Shown one piece after another: positions 47,595-57,908 of a DNA stretch of 64,000 nt (its first letter is position 1; every line of letters starts with the position of its first letter). Where the stretch lies: the NCBI GenBank assembly GCA_049274895.1, contig JBASTM010000005.1:9636-73635 (forward strand). The letters are read 5' to 3'. Under the pieces are notes generated by a model. The model saw only the letters and a program-made list of their open reading frames with translations, was not told the origin of the DNA and searched no databases. This DNA comes from Minisyncoccia bacterium (GTDB lineage: Bacteria; Patescibacteriota; Minisyncoccia; JACQLN01). The position numbers were made by a program, and so were the translations under genes.

Positions 47595-49769
47595 TTAAGG
47601 GAGAGATTTTAGGGGTGTAGCCGGAGTAGAAGTTGCCACACTGGCTACCGGTCCAAACCAGGCCCGCACCGCCGATTCCCAGTTGTTAAACATCGGGTCG
47701 GCGTAGGGATTTGAGGGCGCAGGACCAGTGGGATCGTTGCGGTTAATATAATAGAGCGTGGAATGGATCTCGCCATTGATAATATGTTGGCCGTTTAGAA
47801 TCGGTTTAGCAACTTCTTTTATTTGCGGCGGCGTAAAACTTTCCGGAGCCAAATTTAATTTTTCAAAGGCCTGGCTCATAAAGTCGCGCCAGATGGGGGC
47901 GGCCACGTAAACACCCGGCTCCTGTTTGATGGGCGTGTTGTCGTTATTGCCCACCCACACGCCCGCCACCAGCGAGGGCGTGTAGCCCAGCGTCCAGCCG
48001 TCTCTAAACTCGTTGGTGGTGCCGGTTTTAGCCGCCACCGGCCGGTCTTGAAAAAAGAGCGGGCTTCTGGCGCCGAAAATTGGAATGCGGGCATTATTAT
48101 CGGAAAGAATGTTGGTCACCAAGCGAGCAATTTCTGAATCTAGGACTTGAGCCGGCTCGTCTTTAAACTCTTCCAAAATCTCGCCTTTGCTGTTTTCTAT
48201 TCTTAAAATTGGTGAGGGTGCGTGGCGCACCCCCTCGGTGGCCAAAACGCCAAAAGCCGAGGCCAGCTCCAAAAGCTTAACCTCGCCGCCGCCCAAGACC
48301 AGCGACAAACCGAAACGGGATCTATCCTTTAGAGTGGTAATACCCATATCCTCGGCGGTATTGATGGAATCTTCCACACCAGCCAGGTACAACATCTGAA
48401 CCGCCGGGACGTTGAGCGAATTAGCTAAAGCCGAGCGGGCGGTCACCGGACCTCTAAACTTAAAATCAAAATTGCGGGGCGAATAGCACTTTACATCGGG
48501 TGATTGCGGTTGGCCTAAGGCATTACAGCCGGTGTCAAACTGGGTGGGGATGTCAAAGACAACTGTTTTATCGGTGTAGCCTTTTTTGAAAGCGGTAGCG
48601 TAAACGAAAGGCTTAAAAGCCGAACCGGGCTGGCGCAAACTGGTAACCACATTAACATTGCCGTCAAATTGGCAGTTCACACCCGGATTGCAACCCGCGG
48701 GCAGAGGATCCTTAAAATAATCGCGCGAACCCACCATAGCCAGCACCTGGCCTGTTTTGGGGTCCAAAGACACCAAGGCGGCGTTATTGGCCCCCACTCT
48801 CTCGTTGCGCTCGGCGCCGGCGGCCACGGTTGATTCAGCGATGTTTTGAAGATCCCAGTCCAAAGTGGTAATAACTTTCAAACCAGCTTTAGCCACATAC
48901 TCTTCTCCATATCTTTCTTCCACTAAGTTTCTGACATAAAAAACAAAATGGGGCGCTTGGATGCCGGATCTTATCTTGGAAAAATTCAAAGTTTGTCTTT
49001 GGGCTTTTTGGACTTCGCTTATAGAAATATAATCAAGTTCGGCCAGCCGGTTTAAGATATTGCGTTGTCTGGTGATAAGCTCATTTTTATGTTCGCCATA
49101 AGGTGAATAGTAACTGGTGGCTTTGGGCAAGCTGGCCAACAAAGCCGCCTCGGCCAAAGTGAGATCAACCGCCTTTTTAGAGAAAAAAGTCTGGGCGGCC
49201 GCCTCAATGCCGTAAGCGTTGGAGCCGTAAGGAATCTGGTTTAAGTAAAAATTCAAAATCTCATCTTTGGAATACCGCCGTTCCAATTCCAAAGCCAAAA
49301 TGGCCTCTTTTATTTTTCTGGTCCAAGTGCGCTCGTCGGATAAAATCGACTTTTTTACAAACTGCTGGGTGATGGTGGAACCGCCCTGCAAAGAATCGGA
49401 GGTGAGGTTAGATAAAAATGCTCTCGCGATCGCCTTAAAATCAAGGCCGCGGTGTTGGTAAAAATCCTTGTCCTCGGCCACGATGGTGGCGTCTTTAACC
49501 ACTTGAGGAATTTCGTTAAAAGGTATGACAGTGCGGCGCTCTTCGCCGTGAATATCATACAGGATGATTTTACCGGTGCGGTCGTAAATTTTAGTGGACT
49601 CGGTAACGGTGCGGTCTTCCAAATTGGAGGGATTAGGCAGGTCCCTCGCAAAAAACACAAAAACAACCAAGAGGCCCAAAGCCAGGGCTGAACCTCCCAC
49701 CAGCACCAACGCCAAAATTATTTGAATCAGTTTAAGCGGCAGACGCCGGCTGCGGTAACGGTGTGGCAT
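47595..49769 (-). CDS. Class A penicillin-binding protein (bifunctional glycosyltransferase/transpeptidase, PBP1A-like)
   Basis: GT51 motifs (EDKDFYQHRGLD, RGGSTITQQ) and transpeptidase SxxK (SAFKPF), SxN and KTG motifs. Confidence 0.85.
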   Translation of the reverse strand: MPHRYRSRRLPLKLIQIILALVLVGGSALALGLLVVFVFFARDLPNPSNLEDRTVTESTKIYDRTGKIILYDIHGEERRTVIPFNEIPQVVKDATIVAEDKDFYQHRGLDFKAIARAFLSNLTSDSLQGGSTITQQFVKKSILSDERTWTRKIKEAILALELERRYSKDEILNFYLNQIPYGSNAYGIEAAAQTFFSKKAVDLTLAEAALLASLPKATSYYSPYGEHKNELITRQRNILNRLAELDYISISEVQKAQRQTLNFSKIRSGIQAPHFVFYVRNLVEERYGEEYVAKAGLKVITTLDWDLQNIAESTVAAGAERNERVGANNAALVSLDPKTGQVLAMVGSRDYFKDPLPAGCNPGVNCQFDGNVNVVTSLRQPGSAFKPFVYATAFKKGYTDKTVVFDIPTQFDTGCNALGQPQSPDVKCYSPRNFDFKFRGPVTARSALANSLNVPAVQMLYLAGVEDSINTAEDMGITTLKDRSRFGLSLVLGGGEVKLLELASAFGVLATEGVRHAPSPILRIENSKGEILEEFKDEPAQVLDSEIARLVTNILSDNNARIPIFGARSPLFFQDRPVAAKTGTTNEFRDGWTLGYTPSLVAGVWVGNNDNTPIKQEPGVYVAAPIWRDFMSQAFEKLNLAPESFTPPQIKEVAKPILNGQHIINGEIHSTLYYINRNDPTGPAPSNPYADPMFNNWESAVRAWFGPVASVATSTPATPLKSLP

Positions 49770-49800
49770 TATCGTTCCTTTTATTATATATTAATGACTA

Positions 49801-51012
49801 ATGTCTAAGATAGCTACCTCTCAAGAAAAAATAAACGATTTTCTGGAACGGGGCGTTGCAGAAATCATCACTCGCGAGAGTGTAGCTAAAAAACTCTCCG
49901 AAGGGAAGGTGTTAAGAATCAAGCATGGTGTGGACCCCTCGGGCACCCAACTCCACCTGGGCCACGCCGCCGTCTACCTTAAAATGCGGGACCTGCAGGA
50001 GTTGGGCCATAAAATAGTCTTTTTAATAGGCGGCTTTACCGGCCGCTTCGGCGACCCCACCCAAAAACTAGAGGCCCGAACCTTAAAATCAAAGCAAGAA
50101 ACCGAATCAGCCGCCCAGGATTACCTAAAACAATTGGACCGGATACTGGATGTAAAGGAATTGGAGTTAAGAACCAACAGTGAATGGTTTGATAAGATGA
50201 ATGCCGAGGATTTGCTGCGGCTAATGTCCCATTTCACCGCCGATCAGGTTTTGGAGCGCGATATGTTCCGGGAAAGGAAAAACAAAAGCGAACCGATCCA
50301 GCTCCACGAACTGGTTTACCCGGTCTTGCAAGGTTACGACTCGGTAATGTTAAAAAGCGATTTAACTGTAATCGGCAACGACCAGGTTTTTAACGAAAGC
50401 TTCGGCCGGGATCTCCAACGCAAGAATAATCAACCGCCGCAGGACATTGTGGCCATAAAACTTTTGGTGGGTTTGGACGGTAAACAGAAAATGTCCAAAA
50501 GCTTGGGTAATTACATCGCGCTAGACGATTCCGCCGAGGATAAGTTCGGCAAGATAATGTCTTTGCCGGATAGTTTGATTGTTGATTATTTTACATTACT
50601 AACCCGCCGGCCAATGGCGGAAATAAAAGAGATGGCGGCGGCGCTAGCGGCTAACTCGGTAAATCCACGCGATTTTAAGATAAGGTTGGGCAAAGACATA
50701 GTTTCTTTTTTTCATTCGGCTAATGAGGCCAGCGCGGCCGCGGCCGATTTTGAAAAAACATTTTCCCAAAAAGGCACGCCGGAAAATATAGCCGAACAAC
50801 AAATCAAAAAGGGTGAGTATACCTGGCTGGAGTTGGTAGCCGCCTCTGGGTTGGTAGCTTCCAAAACCGAAGCCCGGCGCTTAATTGAAGACGGCGCCGT
50901 GGACGCCGATGGCCAGACGCTTGATTCCCCCCGCCAGAAAATCAATCTAATAGCTCCAATAATATTAAAAGTGGGCAAGCACAGATTTAAGCGAATAACG
51001 CCAGAAGATTAA
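49801..51012 (+). CDS. tyrS: Tyrosine--tRNA ligase (with C-terminal S4 domain)
   Basis: HIGH region GTQLHLGHA and KMSKS, plus a C-terminal S4-like domain. Confidence 0.8.
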   Translation: MSKIATSQEKINDFLERGVAEIITRESVAKKLSEGKVLRIKHGVDPSGTQLHLGHAAVYLKMRDLQELGHKIVFLIGGFTGRFGDPTQKLEARTLKSKQETESAAQDYLKQLDRILDVKELELRTNSEWFDKMNAEDLLRLMSHFTADQVLERDMFRERKNKSEPIQLHELVYPVLQGYDSVMLKSDLTVIGNDQVFNESFGRDLQRKNNQPPQDIVAIKLLVGLDGKQKMSKSLGNYIALDDSAEDKFGKIMSLPDSLIVDYFTLLTRRPMAEIKEMAAALAANSVNPRDFKIRLGKDIVSFFHSANEASAAAADFEKTFSQKGTPENIAEQQIKKGEYTWLELVAASGLVASKTEARRLIEDGAVDADGQTLDSPRQKINLIAPIILKVGKHRFKRITPED

Positions 51013-51021
51013 CCCACACCC

Positions 51022-51057
51022 AAAACTCCCCCCAAGGGTTACCCTGGGGGGAGTTTT
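51022..51057. terminator. Perfect 17-bp hairpin (aaaactccccccaagggt...accctggggggagtttt); a bidirectional terminator
   Basis: Perfect inverted repeat with A4/T4 ends between convergent genes. Confidence 0.6.
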
Positions 51058-51063
51058 GAATTT

Positions 51064-51225
51064 CTACTCCAGTTCTTCCTCATCCTCGTCTGCTTCATCC
51101 AAACCCAACTCCTCTTCATCCTCATCGTCTGTTTCCTCCTTTTCTTCTTTATCTAAATCATCCGGGACAACACTATCATCATCCGCCGACAAATAATCGT
51201 CATTGTGAGTTTTAGCTTTTCTCAT
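51064..51225 (-). CDS. Small highly acidic protein (53 aa; MRKAKTHNDDYLSADDDSVVPDDLDKEEKEETDDEDEEELGLDEADEDEEELE)
   Basis: An ORF below the ORF-track size cutoff, which I translated myself. It is preceded by a copy of the palindromic intergenic element. Confidence 0.3.
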   Translation of the reverse strand: MRKAKTHNDDYLSADDDSVVPDDLDKEEKEETDDEDEEELGLDEADEDEEELE

Positions 51226-51237
51226 GTTTTATTTATC

Positions 51238-51285
51238 CAACATCTTTTTAGTGTAAAGATATTTATACTTTGAAAAGGTGCTGGA
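51238..51285. repeat. Palindromic intergenic element, copy C (degenerate left arm; the loop has the same orientation as copy B)
   Basis: ...gtaaagatatttatactttgAAAAGGTGCTGGA... Confidence 0.6.
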
Positions 51286-51369
51286 TTTAGTTTATACCAG
51301 AATACACAAGAGCCCCAAACCCGGTCAAGGGGGGTTATCCCCATAACCTAATTTAATGAGAGAAAAATA

Positions 51370-52887
51370 TTATTGTTGGCGGTTTAAGGATTCAAAAGCG
51401 TCATCCGAGGCCTCAAATGTGGACCTTAAGTGGACTCTACCGCTCAACGCGTCCAATATAGATTCAGCAACTTCTCCGGGGCTCATATTACTTCTTATGC
51501 TAACTTTTATCTTCTCCGCCGGCGCCGAATTATTTATAGTATCTGCAATCTCATTAATCATACCCATACTCTCATTTATATTATTTATCACCTCCTGCCG
51601 AAATGCGCCGAAGTTGGGCTTGCTGCCGTATTTATTCTCCCAACTTCCAAACTGGGTTTCCATAACTTGAACTGTTTTTAGAGTATGATCCACATACTTC
51701 TCTATCCCGGCTCTTTCGCTTTCGGAATACTGGCCGCCAAACTCCAAATTAACTACCGTGGGGATCTCAACACCTAAGCTGGACGGGGAACGTTCAACCC
51801 CAGCATCCGGGGCCATTTTTGTTTCGGGTGAACTGCCACTTTGTCCAGCTGGTCTTTGTTCTGGAACGTTAGAACCGATACCGGTTTCACTTGATCCAGC
51901 TTCGGCGGGCACAGTTTTGACACTGCCTAAAACGTGTTCATATAAACCTTCCAAGGTTCTAATTTCTCCATCGTAACGGCCGAAATTTTTAGTCTGAACA
52001 AACTCGGTGGCTGAAAGCAGGTTACCAAGAATATCCTCCAGCTGACCCGGAGCACTTTCCCTGGTTTGATGTATGGCCCTTAAAGCGGCTTCCTTAAAAA
52101 CCACTCTTTCCCGGGCTGAAACACCTTCCATACCCTCAACCACACCCACCGCTTTATCCAAAATAGATTTCTCTAATTCTTCCAAACCCTGCTGTTGTTC
52201 GTATTGTCCCACCACCCTGTCGCCCCATCTGGCTACCTCCTGGACACGAATACTCTCACTACTCTCATGTTGAAAATTTATTTGTTCAAACTCTTTTTGC
52301 ACATCCCAAATATCGTCTACCTGAATAGCATAATCGGCCGGGGTACCGCCTTTTTCATTGTATGTTTGACGTAAACCGTAAGCCAACCCCACAGCTTGTT
52401 TTTGGCTATCGGTTAAATTATCCAAAGAAATCCTCTCACCGTTCTCCATTTGAGGTAGAGCGGCCACCATAATATCCTTAAGCTCGGCGTCGTGATTTTC
52501 ACCTTCAGCCGCCCCCGCCTGGTCGGGGCTGCCTAGTTCGGCCGCGGCGGCACCCATCAACATATAGGTGCCATACCATAAAGCTTTTCTGCCATCTATG
52601 TTTTGCCACTGGATTTTTTCTTTTAACCCGCTGCCGAGTTCACCCAACAGCCCGGCTTGGGTTTTGATGGCTTCGGCCACTTCGGTCACGGCCTTATCAC
52701 CAAAAATTTTAGCGCCCCACTCGCGCAGCAAACCGCGATCCTGTTCCGGAACTTGTCCAATAACAGTCTCGGGTGTTTCTGGTTTGACCCCCGCAAGCTC
52801 CGGATTATTTTCCGGCGCCTTCCAGTCGGCGTACTGCTCTTGGGGTGAAGATTCTCTTTTGGACATATTTTTTAATGAGTAAACCAA
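51370..52887 (-). CDS. Hypothetical acidic soluble protein (505 aa)
   Basis: ORF only; no TM segments or motifs recognised. Confidence 0.4.
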   Translation of the reverse strand: MVYSLKNMSKRESSPQEQYADWKAPENNPELAGVKPETPETVIGQVPEQDRGLLREWGAKIFGDKAVTEVAEAIKTQAGLLGELGSGLKEKIQWQNIDGRKALWYGTYMLMGAAAAELGSPDQAGAAEGENHDAELKDIMVAALPQMENGERISLDNLTDSQKQAVGLAYGLRQTYNEKGGTPADYAIQVDDIWDVQKEFEQINFQHESSESIRVQEVARWGDRVVGQYEQQQGLEELEKSILDKAVGVVEGMEGVSARERVVFKEAALRAIHQTRESAPGQLEDILGNLLSATEFVQTKNFGRYDGEIRTLEGLYEHVLGSVKTVPAEAGSSETGIGSNVPEQRPAGQSGSSPETKMAPDAGVERSPSSLGVEIPTVVNLEFGGQYSESERAGIEKYVDHTLKTVQVMETQFGSWENKYGSKPNFGAFRQEVINNINESMGMINEIADTINNSAPAEKIKVSIRSNMSPGEVAESILDALSGRVHLRSTFEASDDAFESLNRQQ

Positions 52888-52958
52888 TAATACCTATATA
52901 ATATCAAACAATATAAAAAAATACACCCCGCGACCTTCTTGGGTCGCGGGGGTTTTGT

Positions 52959-53840
52959 TCATCTCTCCGCTTTCTTCGGCAGTAACACCGTGGGCACCGC
53001 CATCAAACAAAGGACGGTGCCGTGTTTGTACTCGTAGTAGCCGACCGGCGTCGTGCCGACCAGTTCGGCCACCACCACACGGTCCGACTCGCGGCCTATC
53101 CGTGCCAGCATGTTTCTGGCATCCAGTCTGGCATCCAGTTTGGCGATTGCCTCGCCCATTGGGCCAGCGCCCAGGCCGACAGTGAAGGTAACCTTGCCGT
53201 CGGCGGAGGTCCAGACCTGTCGCTCGCGCTCGCGCCAGACGGGATATGATTCCCGCCAGAAGAAAAGTCTTTCTAGACCTCTTTTGTTGGCAGGAACCGT
53301 CGCCTGCTGGATGTTTTCTGTCCAGTTAGCTTCGTCCCTTGCCCGGAAAATCTGATCAAGGGTGAAGTGAGTGGCTTGAACCGATGTACGACCCTGCTCC
53401 TCCCCGGCCTCTGGCTCCGAAGGAGAAACTCCGTCTGGAGGAGGAGCTTCGTACGGCTCCTCGGACTGGGTTTCAACCATCATGCCTAAGTCAGCCGCTA
53501 CTCTGACTCGGGTAATGAAGTCGGCGAACTGCAACTCCTTGACTTGCGGACTAGCGGTGTCATCCGCCAACAACTCGTCGGTGTAACCACCAACGAGACC
53601 CATGGTCCTCTCTGCAAGAGAATCGCCATAGGCCAGCCGTAGCTCCAGATCCAGTGCTGCTAGTTCCTTGAGAACCAGCAACCGAAACTCCACTTGACGC
53701 TGGGTTTCCAGCTCGACTACATCGGAATCCAACTTTGCGAAAGCCGCCTGGGCTTCCCGGCGGACATCATCAAACTTGTCCGCGTAGACGGGGCCGAACA
53801 GGCCAATGGCCAAAATGGCCGCGAGCGTCGCGCGTAGCAT
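52959..53840 (-). CDS. Hypothetical secreted protein (signal peptide), GC-rich
   Basis: N-terminal MLRATLAAILAIGLFGPVYA and elevated GC. Confidence 0.4.
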   Translation of the reverse strand: MLRATLAAILAIGLFGPVYADKFDDVRREAQAAFAKLDSDVVELETQRQVEFRLLVLKELAALDLELRLAYGDSLAERTMGLVGGYTDELLADDTASPQVKELQFADFITRVRVAADLGMMVETQSEEPYEAPPPDGVSPSEPEAGEEQGRTSVQATHFTLDQIFRARDEANWTENIQQATVPANKRGLERLFFWRESYPVWRERERQVWTSADGKVTFTVGLGAGPMGEAIAKLDARLDARNMLARIGRESDRVVVAELVGTTPVGYYEYKHGTVLCLMAVPTVLLPKKAER

Positions 53841-53983
53841 GGGAAAATCCTCCTGAAAGGGTTAAGGAACTGACCTTGACCCAGCTTAGCTGGGTTGACT
53901 GTATGTTTTAATTATACTCCTATCACTATAAAAAGTCAATACCACACTCAACGGGGTCAATAACAACTAGAAAACACTAGTTT

Positions 53984-54472
53984 TTAAGCCATTAAATCAG
54001 CTATACGGCTGGAGTTAGCACAGCAAATCGCCGCCGCCAGGGCGTCGGCGGCGTCATCAGGTTGAGGGTCTTTATCCAAAGAAAGTATCAATCTGACCAT
54101 CTTTTGGACGGCCTGTTTGTTGGCCCGGCCGTAAGCCGAAACCGCCTGCTTGATTTGGAGGGGTGTAAATTCGCGTATCTCCAGACCCGACTTTAATCCG
54201 GCCAAAATTATCACGCCCCTGGCCTCGCTGACTTGAGTAATGGTTTTGGCGTTTTTGAAGAAAAACAATTTTTCTATAACCAAAACTTTCGGCTTATATT
54301 TTTTAATGATTTTTATAAAAGAGTCGTGCAAAATAACAAGCCCTTTATTGTGATCGCTTTTAACTTCAACCTCCACGCAACCGTAACCTAACAAAGAAAG
54401 TTTATCTTCATCTTTTTTAATCAAACCATAGCCGGCCCGATTGGTGCCGGGGTCAACACCTAAAATAATCAT
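53984..54472 (-). CDS. ruvC: Crossover junction endodeoxyribonuclease RuvC
   Basis: IILGVDPGTNRAGYGLI N-terminus and catalytic acidic residues. Confidence 0.85.
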   Translation of the reverse strand: MIILGVDPGTNRAGYGLIKKDEDKLSLLGYGCVEVEVKSDHNKGLVILHDSFIKIIKKYKPKVLVIEKLFFFKNAKTITQVSEARGVIILAGLKSGLEIREFTPLQIKQAVSAYGRANKQAVQKMVRLILSLDKDPQPDDAADALAAAICCANSSRIADLMA

Positions 54473-54486
54473 AAGTCCTATTGGTC

Positions 54487-55032
54487 CTATTCTGTATTGG
54501 TATACACCTCCATCACATCTTCTTGATCATCTAAATCTGAAAGTAGGGCGGAGAGTTTGGATTCAGCTTCATCATTTAATTTTATGGTTTGCTTAGGCAA
54601 CCACTTTATTTCCCCATTTTCGTATTTATGTTCAAAAAGCCATTTGACGCTGCCAGAACCCGACAAACTAGCCCCATTCATGGCTAAAACATGTTTTAAC
54701 TCGGCCACAGTTCTGTTTTTATTGGCGGTGACAACAGTTATTAAGAGTGCCGCCCCGCCGGGCCCATAGGCCTCATAGACTACTTCTTCTATAGTCTCAC
54801 CCGCCAACTGACCACTGCCTTTCTTGATGGCCCGCTCTATGTTTTCCGAGGGCATATTCTCGGCCTTGGCCTGATCCACTGCCGCCTTAAGCGAGAGATT
54901 GGTTTTGGTATCGGACCCCTTCTTGGCCGCGAGCTCAATAATTTTAGACAACTTAGAAAACAACTGACCTTTTTTAGCATCGGTTAGGCCTTTTTTTCTT
55001 TTAATTTTAGCCCACTTGCTGTGACCGGACAT
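54487..55032 (-). CDS. YebC/PmpR family probable transcriptional regulator
   Basis: MSGHSKWAKIKRKKG is the invariant N-terminus. The track ORF has a spurious 22-aa extension. Confidence 0.85.
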   Translation of the reverse strand: MSGHSKWAKIKRKKGLTDAKKGQLFSKLSKIIELAAKKGSDTKTNLSLKAAVDQAKAENMPSENIERAIKKGSGQLAGETIEEVVYEAYGPGGAALLITVVTANKNRTVAELKHVLAMNGASLSGSGSVKWLFEHKYENGEIKWLPKQTIKLNDEAESKLSALLSDLDDQEDVMEVYTNTE

Positions 55033-55072
55033 GCCAATTATGTTGAAATTTATAAGCGTAGTGAAATAAATT

Positions 55073-55140
55073 TCACTACAGAATTGAGCATCCAGCACCT
55101 TTTCAAGGTAAAGATTATTTATACATCTAAAAGGTGCTGG
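55073..55140. repeat. Palindromic intergenic element, copy B, upstream of the yebC-like gene
   Basis: attgagcaTCCAGCACCTTTT-caaggtaaagattatttatacatct-AAAAGGTGCTGGAtaaggtttt. Confidence 0.8.
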
Positions 55141-55182
55141 ATAAGGTTTTGTTGCCGCTCGCTCCGCTCGCGGACAAAGCCC

Positions 55183-56298
55183 TTAAGCCCTTATCGGCAT
55201 CACCAAATACAAAAAATCTTTATCTTCCGGAGATTTAATTAAGCAGGGTTTGGTCTCGTCAATAAAGTTAAAAACCACCGTGCGGCCCAAAAGACCGGCC
55301 ACACCATCCACCAAATACCTCCAATTAAATTTAACTTCCAAATCCTCTCCGGAAACATCAGCCGGAAGTTCAGCGTCATTTTCACCCAAATCGCTGTCGG
55401 CCGCATACATTGTCAACTTAGATTCTTTGCCTTTTCTAAAAGATAATTTTATGTCGCTGACCCTACTGGAAAGCAAACTAACCAGCTTTACGGTTCTCAC
55501 AAAATCTTCCCTCACCAAACTGGCCGTCAAATTAAACTCTTGGGGTATCAACTTTCTATAATCAGGATACTGGCCCTCTATCAACCTGGAAACAACTTCC
55601 ACTTTGCCCAACTCAAAGCCAATTTGATTTTTTTCCACCACAATCAAAAGATCTCCTGCCATATTGGAAAATATCCTAATCACTTCGGCACAGGTCCGGG
55701 CCGGAATGATTATAGAAAATTTGGCCTCTAAATAGCGGTTGTCAAGTAAAATAATTTTTTCTCCCAATCTAAAGCTGTCGGTGGCCGCCAGCCGTAAAAA
55801 GTTCTCGCCCTGCTCTTTAGAAATAAACACACCGGTTATTTCCGGCCGGGTTTCGGAATTAGAGACAAATCCGGCGATTTGATTCAAAGATTTAGTGAAT
55901 AGTTTGGTTGGTACGCCAAAACCATTTTCCTTTTTTAGAGAAGGTATGATGGGAAAATCATCGGCACTCTCGCCTTTAAGTGAAGCTCGGTAATTACCCG
56001 AGGTAATGCTTAGTGTTTTATCCTTCTTGAGTTCCAAAATAACTTTATCGCTCACCAGAGAAGAAACTATACCACTGAAAATTCTGGCCGGCACAGTGAT
56101 CTCGCCGCTTTTTTCCACTTTGCAAGGCAACCAAGAGGTGATGCCTATTTCCAAATTAGTGGAGGATATTTTTAATCCATTCCTTTCCGTTTTTATTAAA
56201 AAATTATTGAGTATAGGCAAAGTCAGGTGTCTGGTGACAATTTTATCGGCGTAGTCCAAAAACTCCTTTAGTTTTTCCGTATTACATAATACTTCCAT
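55183..56298 (-). CDS. dnaN: DNA polymerase III beta subunit (sliding clamp)
   Basis: Three-domain clamp architecture, the N-terminus, and a position adjacent to dnaA. Confidence 0.85.
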   Translation of the reverse strand: MEVLCNTEKLKEFLDYADKIVTRHLTLPILNNFLIKTERNGLKISSTNLEIGITSWLPCKVEKSGEITVPARIFSGIVSSLVSDKVILELKKDKTLSITSGNYRASLKGESADDFPIIPSLKKENGFGVPTKLFTKSLNQIAGFVSNSETRPEITGVFISKEQGENFLRLAATDSFRLGEKIILLDNRYLEAKFSIIIPARTCAEVIRIFSNMAGDLLIVVEKNQIGFELGKVEVVSRLIEGQYPDYRKLIPQEFNLTASLVREDFVRTVKLVSLLSSRVSDIKLSFRKGKESKLTMYAADSDLGENDAELPADVSGEDLEVKFNWRYLVDGVAGLLGRTVVFNFIDETKPCLIKSPEDKDFLYLVMPIRA

Positions 56299-56525
56299 TT
56301 TTATTTATTTAAATTTTATTAAGATTACTAAGCGACTTTATTATGTTGATAACTGGTTTTAGACCTGTGTTTTATTCAATTATTTTTTTAAATTTTTGTG
56401 GAAAACAGTCGGGATAACGCTTTGAGTTTATGGTGGCAGTTTTACAATAAAATTATTTAATGGAATATATTTTTTAATTGCCAACACTTAATCAACATAG
56501 CTATCAACAACTTATCCATTATATA
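56299..56525. promoter_or_regulatory. AT-rich dnaA-dnaN intergenic region with several DnaA-box-like 9-mers (tgttgataa, tgtggaaaa, gggataac, ttatccatt); a candidate oriC component
   Basis: Near-consensus TTATCCACA/TGTGGATAA matches and a very low GC content. Confidence 0.5.
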
Positions 56526-57908
56526 TTAAGCTTCGTATATTCTATTTCTTATAATATTTAACTCCTCTATTAAATTTTCATTGTTTTGAACTTCCTTGCC
56601 TATTTTTTCGCAAGCGTGCATCACGGTGGTGTGGTCCCGGCCGCCAAATTTATCTCCAATAAAAGGATAGGAGTTTTTTAATTCCTCGCGCATCAAATAC
56701 ATGCAGATTTGGCGAGGCAGCACGATTTCTCTTTTTCTAGACTGGTTTATTAAATCTTCTTCTTTAATATCGTAAAATTCGGATACCACTTTAATTATAA
56801 TCTTGGGCGTTGTTTTGGAATTGTTGGTTTGGTGGGTGGTGGCCAGTATTGCTTTCACCCGCTCTAGGGTGGTGGGTGTGTTGGCCACCCGGCAAGACAT
56901 AACCACCCGGTTTAAAGCCCCTTCTAACTCGCGAATGTTTTTGGTTATATTGTTGGCAATGAAACTAAGAATATCGTCGCTTAATTCGCCTAGGTTTTTT
57001 TCTATCAACTTGGCTTTAAGTATAGCCACCCGGGTTTCGTAATCCGGCGGAGTGATGTCGGCAATCATACCCCCTTCAAACCGGCTGCGCAGCCGTTCTT
57101 CCAAAGTGGTGATGGCTTTGGGCGGGCGGTCTGAAGACAAGACAATTTGGTTGTTGTTAGCGTAAAGCTCATTAAAAATATGGAAAAACTCTTCCTGTGT
57201 TTTTTCCTTGCCGGCTATAAACTGGATATCATCCACTATTAACAGGTTGAATTTTTTATACTCCTCCTTGAATTTATCTATAGTTTTGTTGCGTATGGAG
57301 TTTATTAGGTCTCCCAAAAACTTTTCCGAAGGCACATACCTCACTTTGTTTTTAGGATTATTTTTTATAATCTCATTACCTATGGCCTGCAAAAGGTGTG
57401 TTTTACCCAAACCCACCCCGCCGTAAATAAACAAAGGGTTGTAGGTGGAGCCGGTGTTTTTAGCCACAGCTACGGCGGCGGCATGAGCCAGTTGGTTGCC
57501 AGAACCGATAATAAAAGAGTCAAAGGTGTATCTGGAATTGAGGTTGGTTTCCCTATCCGGCATTACTGTTTCGGTCAGATTAAGTTGGTGATCGGCCAAA
57601 ATCGGAACCATAACCTCTCTCTTTTTTTGGCTGGGGTGTATTTTCCTGTCCTCACTAACTAGTTGAGTTTTTATAGTGAAACGTATCTCCTTAACATCAT
57701 TGGAAAGTTTCCTTAAAGTCTTTAGGATGATCAGGTTATATTTGTCTTCCAACCAGCCCTTTATAAACAAGCTGGGTGTAGAAACCAAAACCATGCCGTC
57801 TTTTTTGGAGACGATGGCAGTATTGCTGAACCAAGTGATAAAATTGGGCTTGGAAATGGATAGCTCAATTTCCGCCAGAGCGGTTTGCCAAAGCTCGTCT
57901 TTGTCCAT
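56526..57908 (-). CDS. dnaA: Chromosomal replication initiator protein DnaA
   Basis: Walker A GGVGLGKTHLL, a AAA+ sensor region and the C-terminal DNA-binding domain; the start is at the internal Met (MDKDELWQ). Confidence 0.9.
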   Translation of the reverse strand: MDKDELWQTALAEIELSISKPNFITWFSNTAIVSKKDGMVLVSTPSLFIKGWLEDKYNLIILKTLRKLSNDVKEIRFTIKTQLVSEDRKIHPSQKKREVMVPILADHQLNLTETVMPDRETNLNSRYTFDSFIIGSGNQLAHAAAVAVAKNTGSTYNPLFIYGGVGLGKTHLLQAIGNEIIKNNPKNKVRYVPSEKFLGDLINSIRNKTIDKFKEEYKKFNLLIVDDIQFIAGKEKTQEEFFHIFNELYANNNQIVLSSDRPPKAITTLEERLRSRFEGGMIADITPPDYETRVAILKAKLIEKNLGELSDDILSFIANNITKNIRELEGALNRVVMSCRVANTPTTLERVKAILATTHQTNNSKTTPKIIIKVVSEFYDIKEEDLINQSRKREIVLPRQICMYLMREELKNSYPFIGDKFGGRDHTTVMHACEKIGKEVQNNENLIEELNIIRNRIYEA

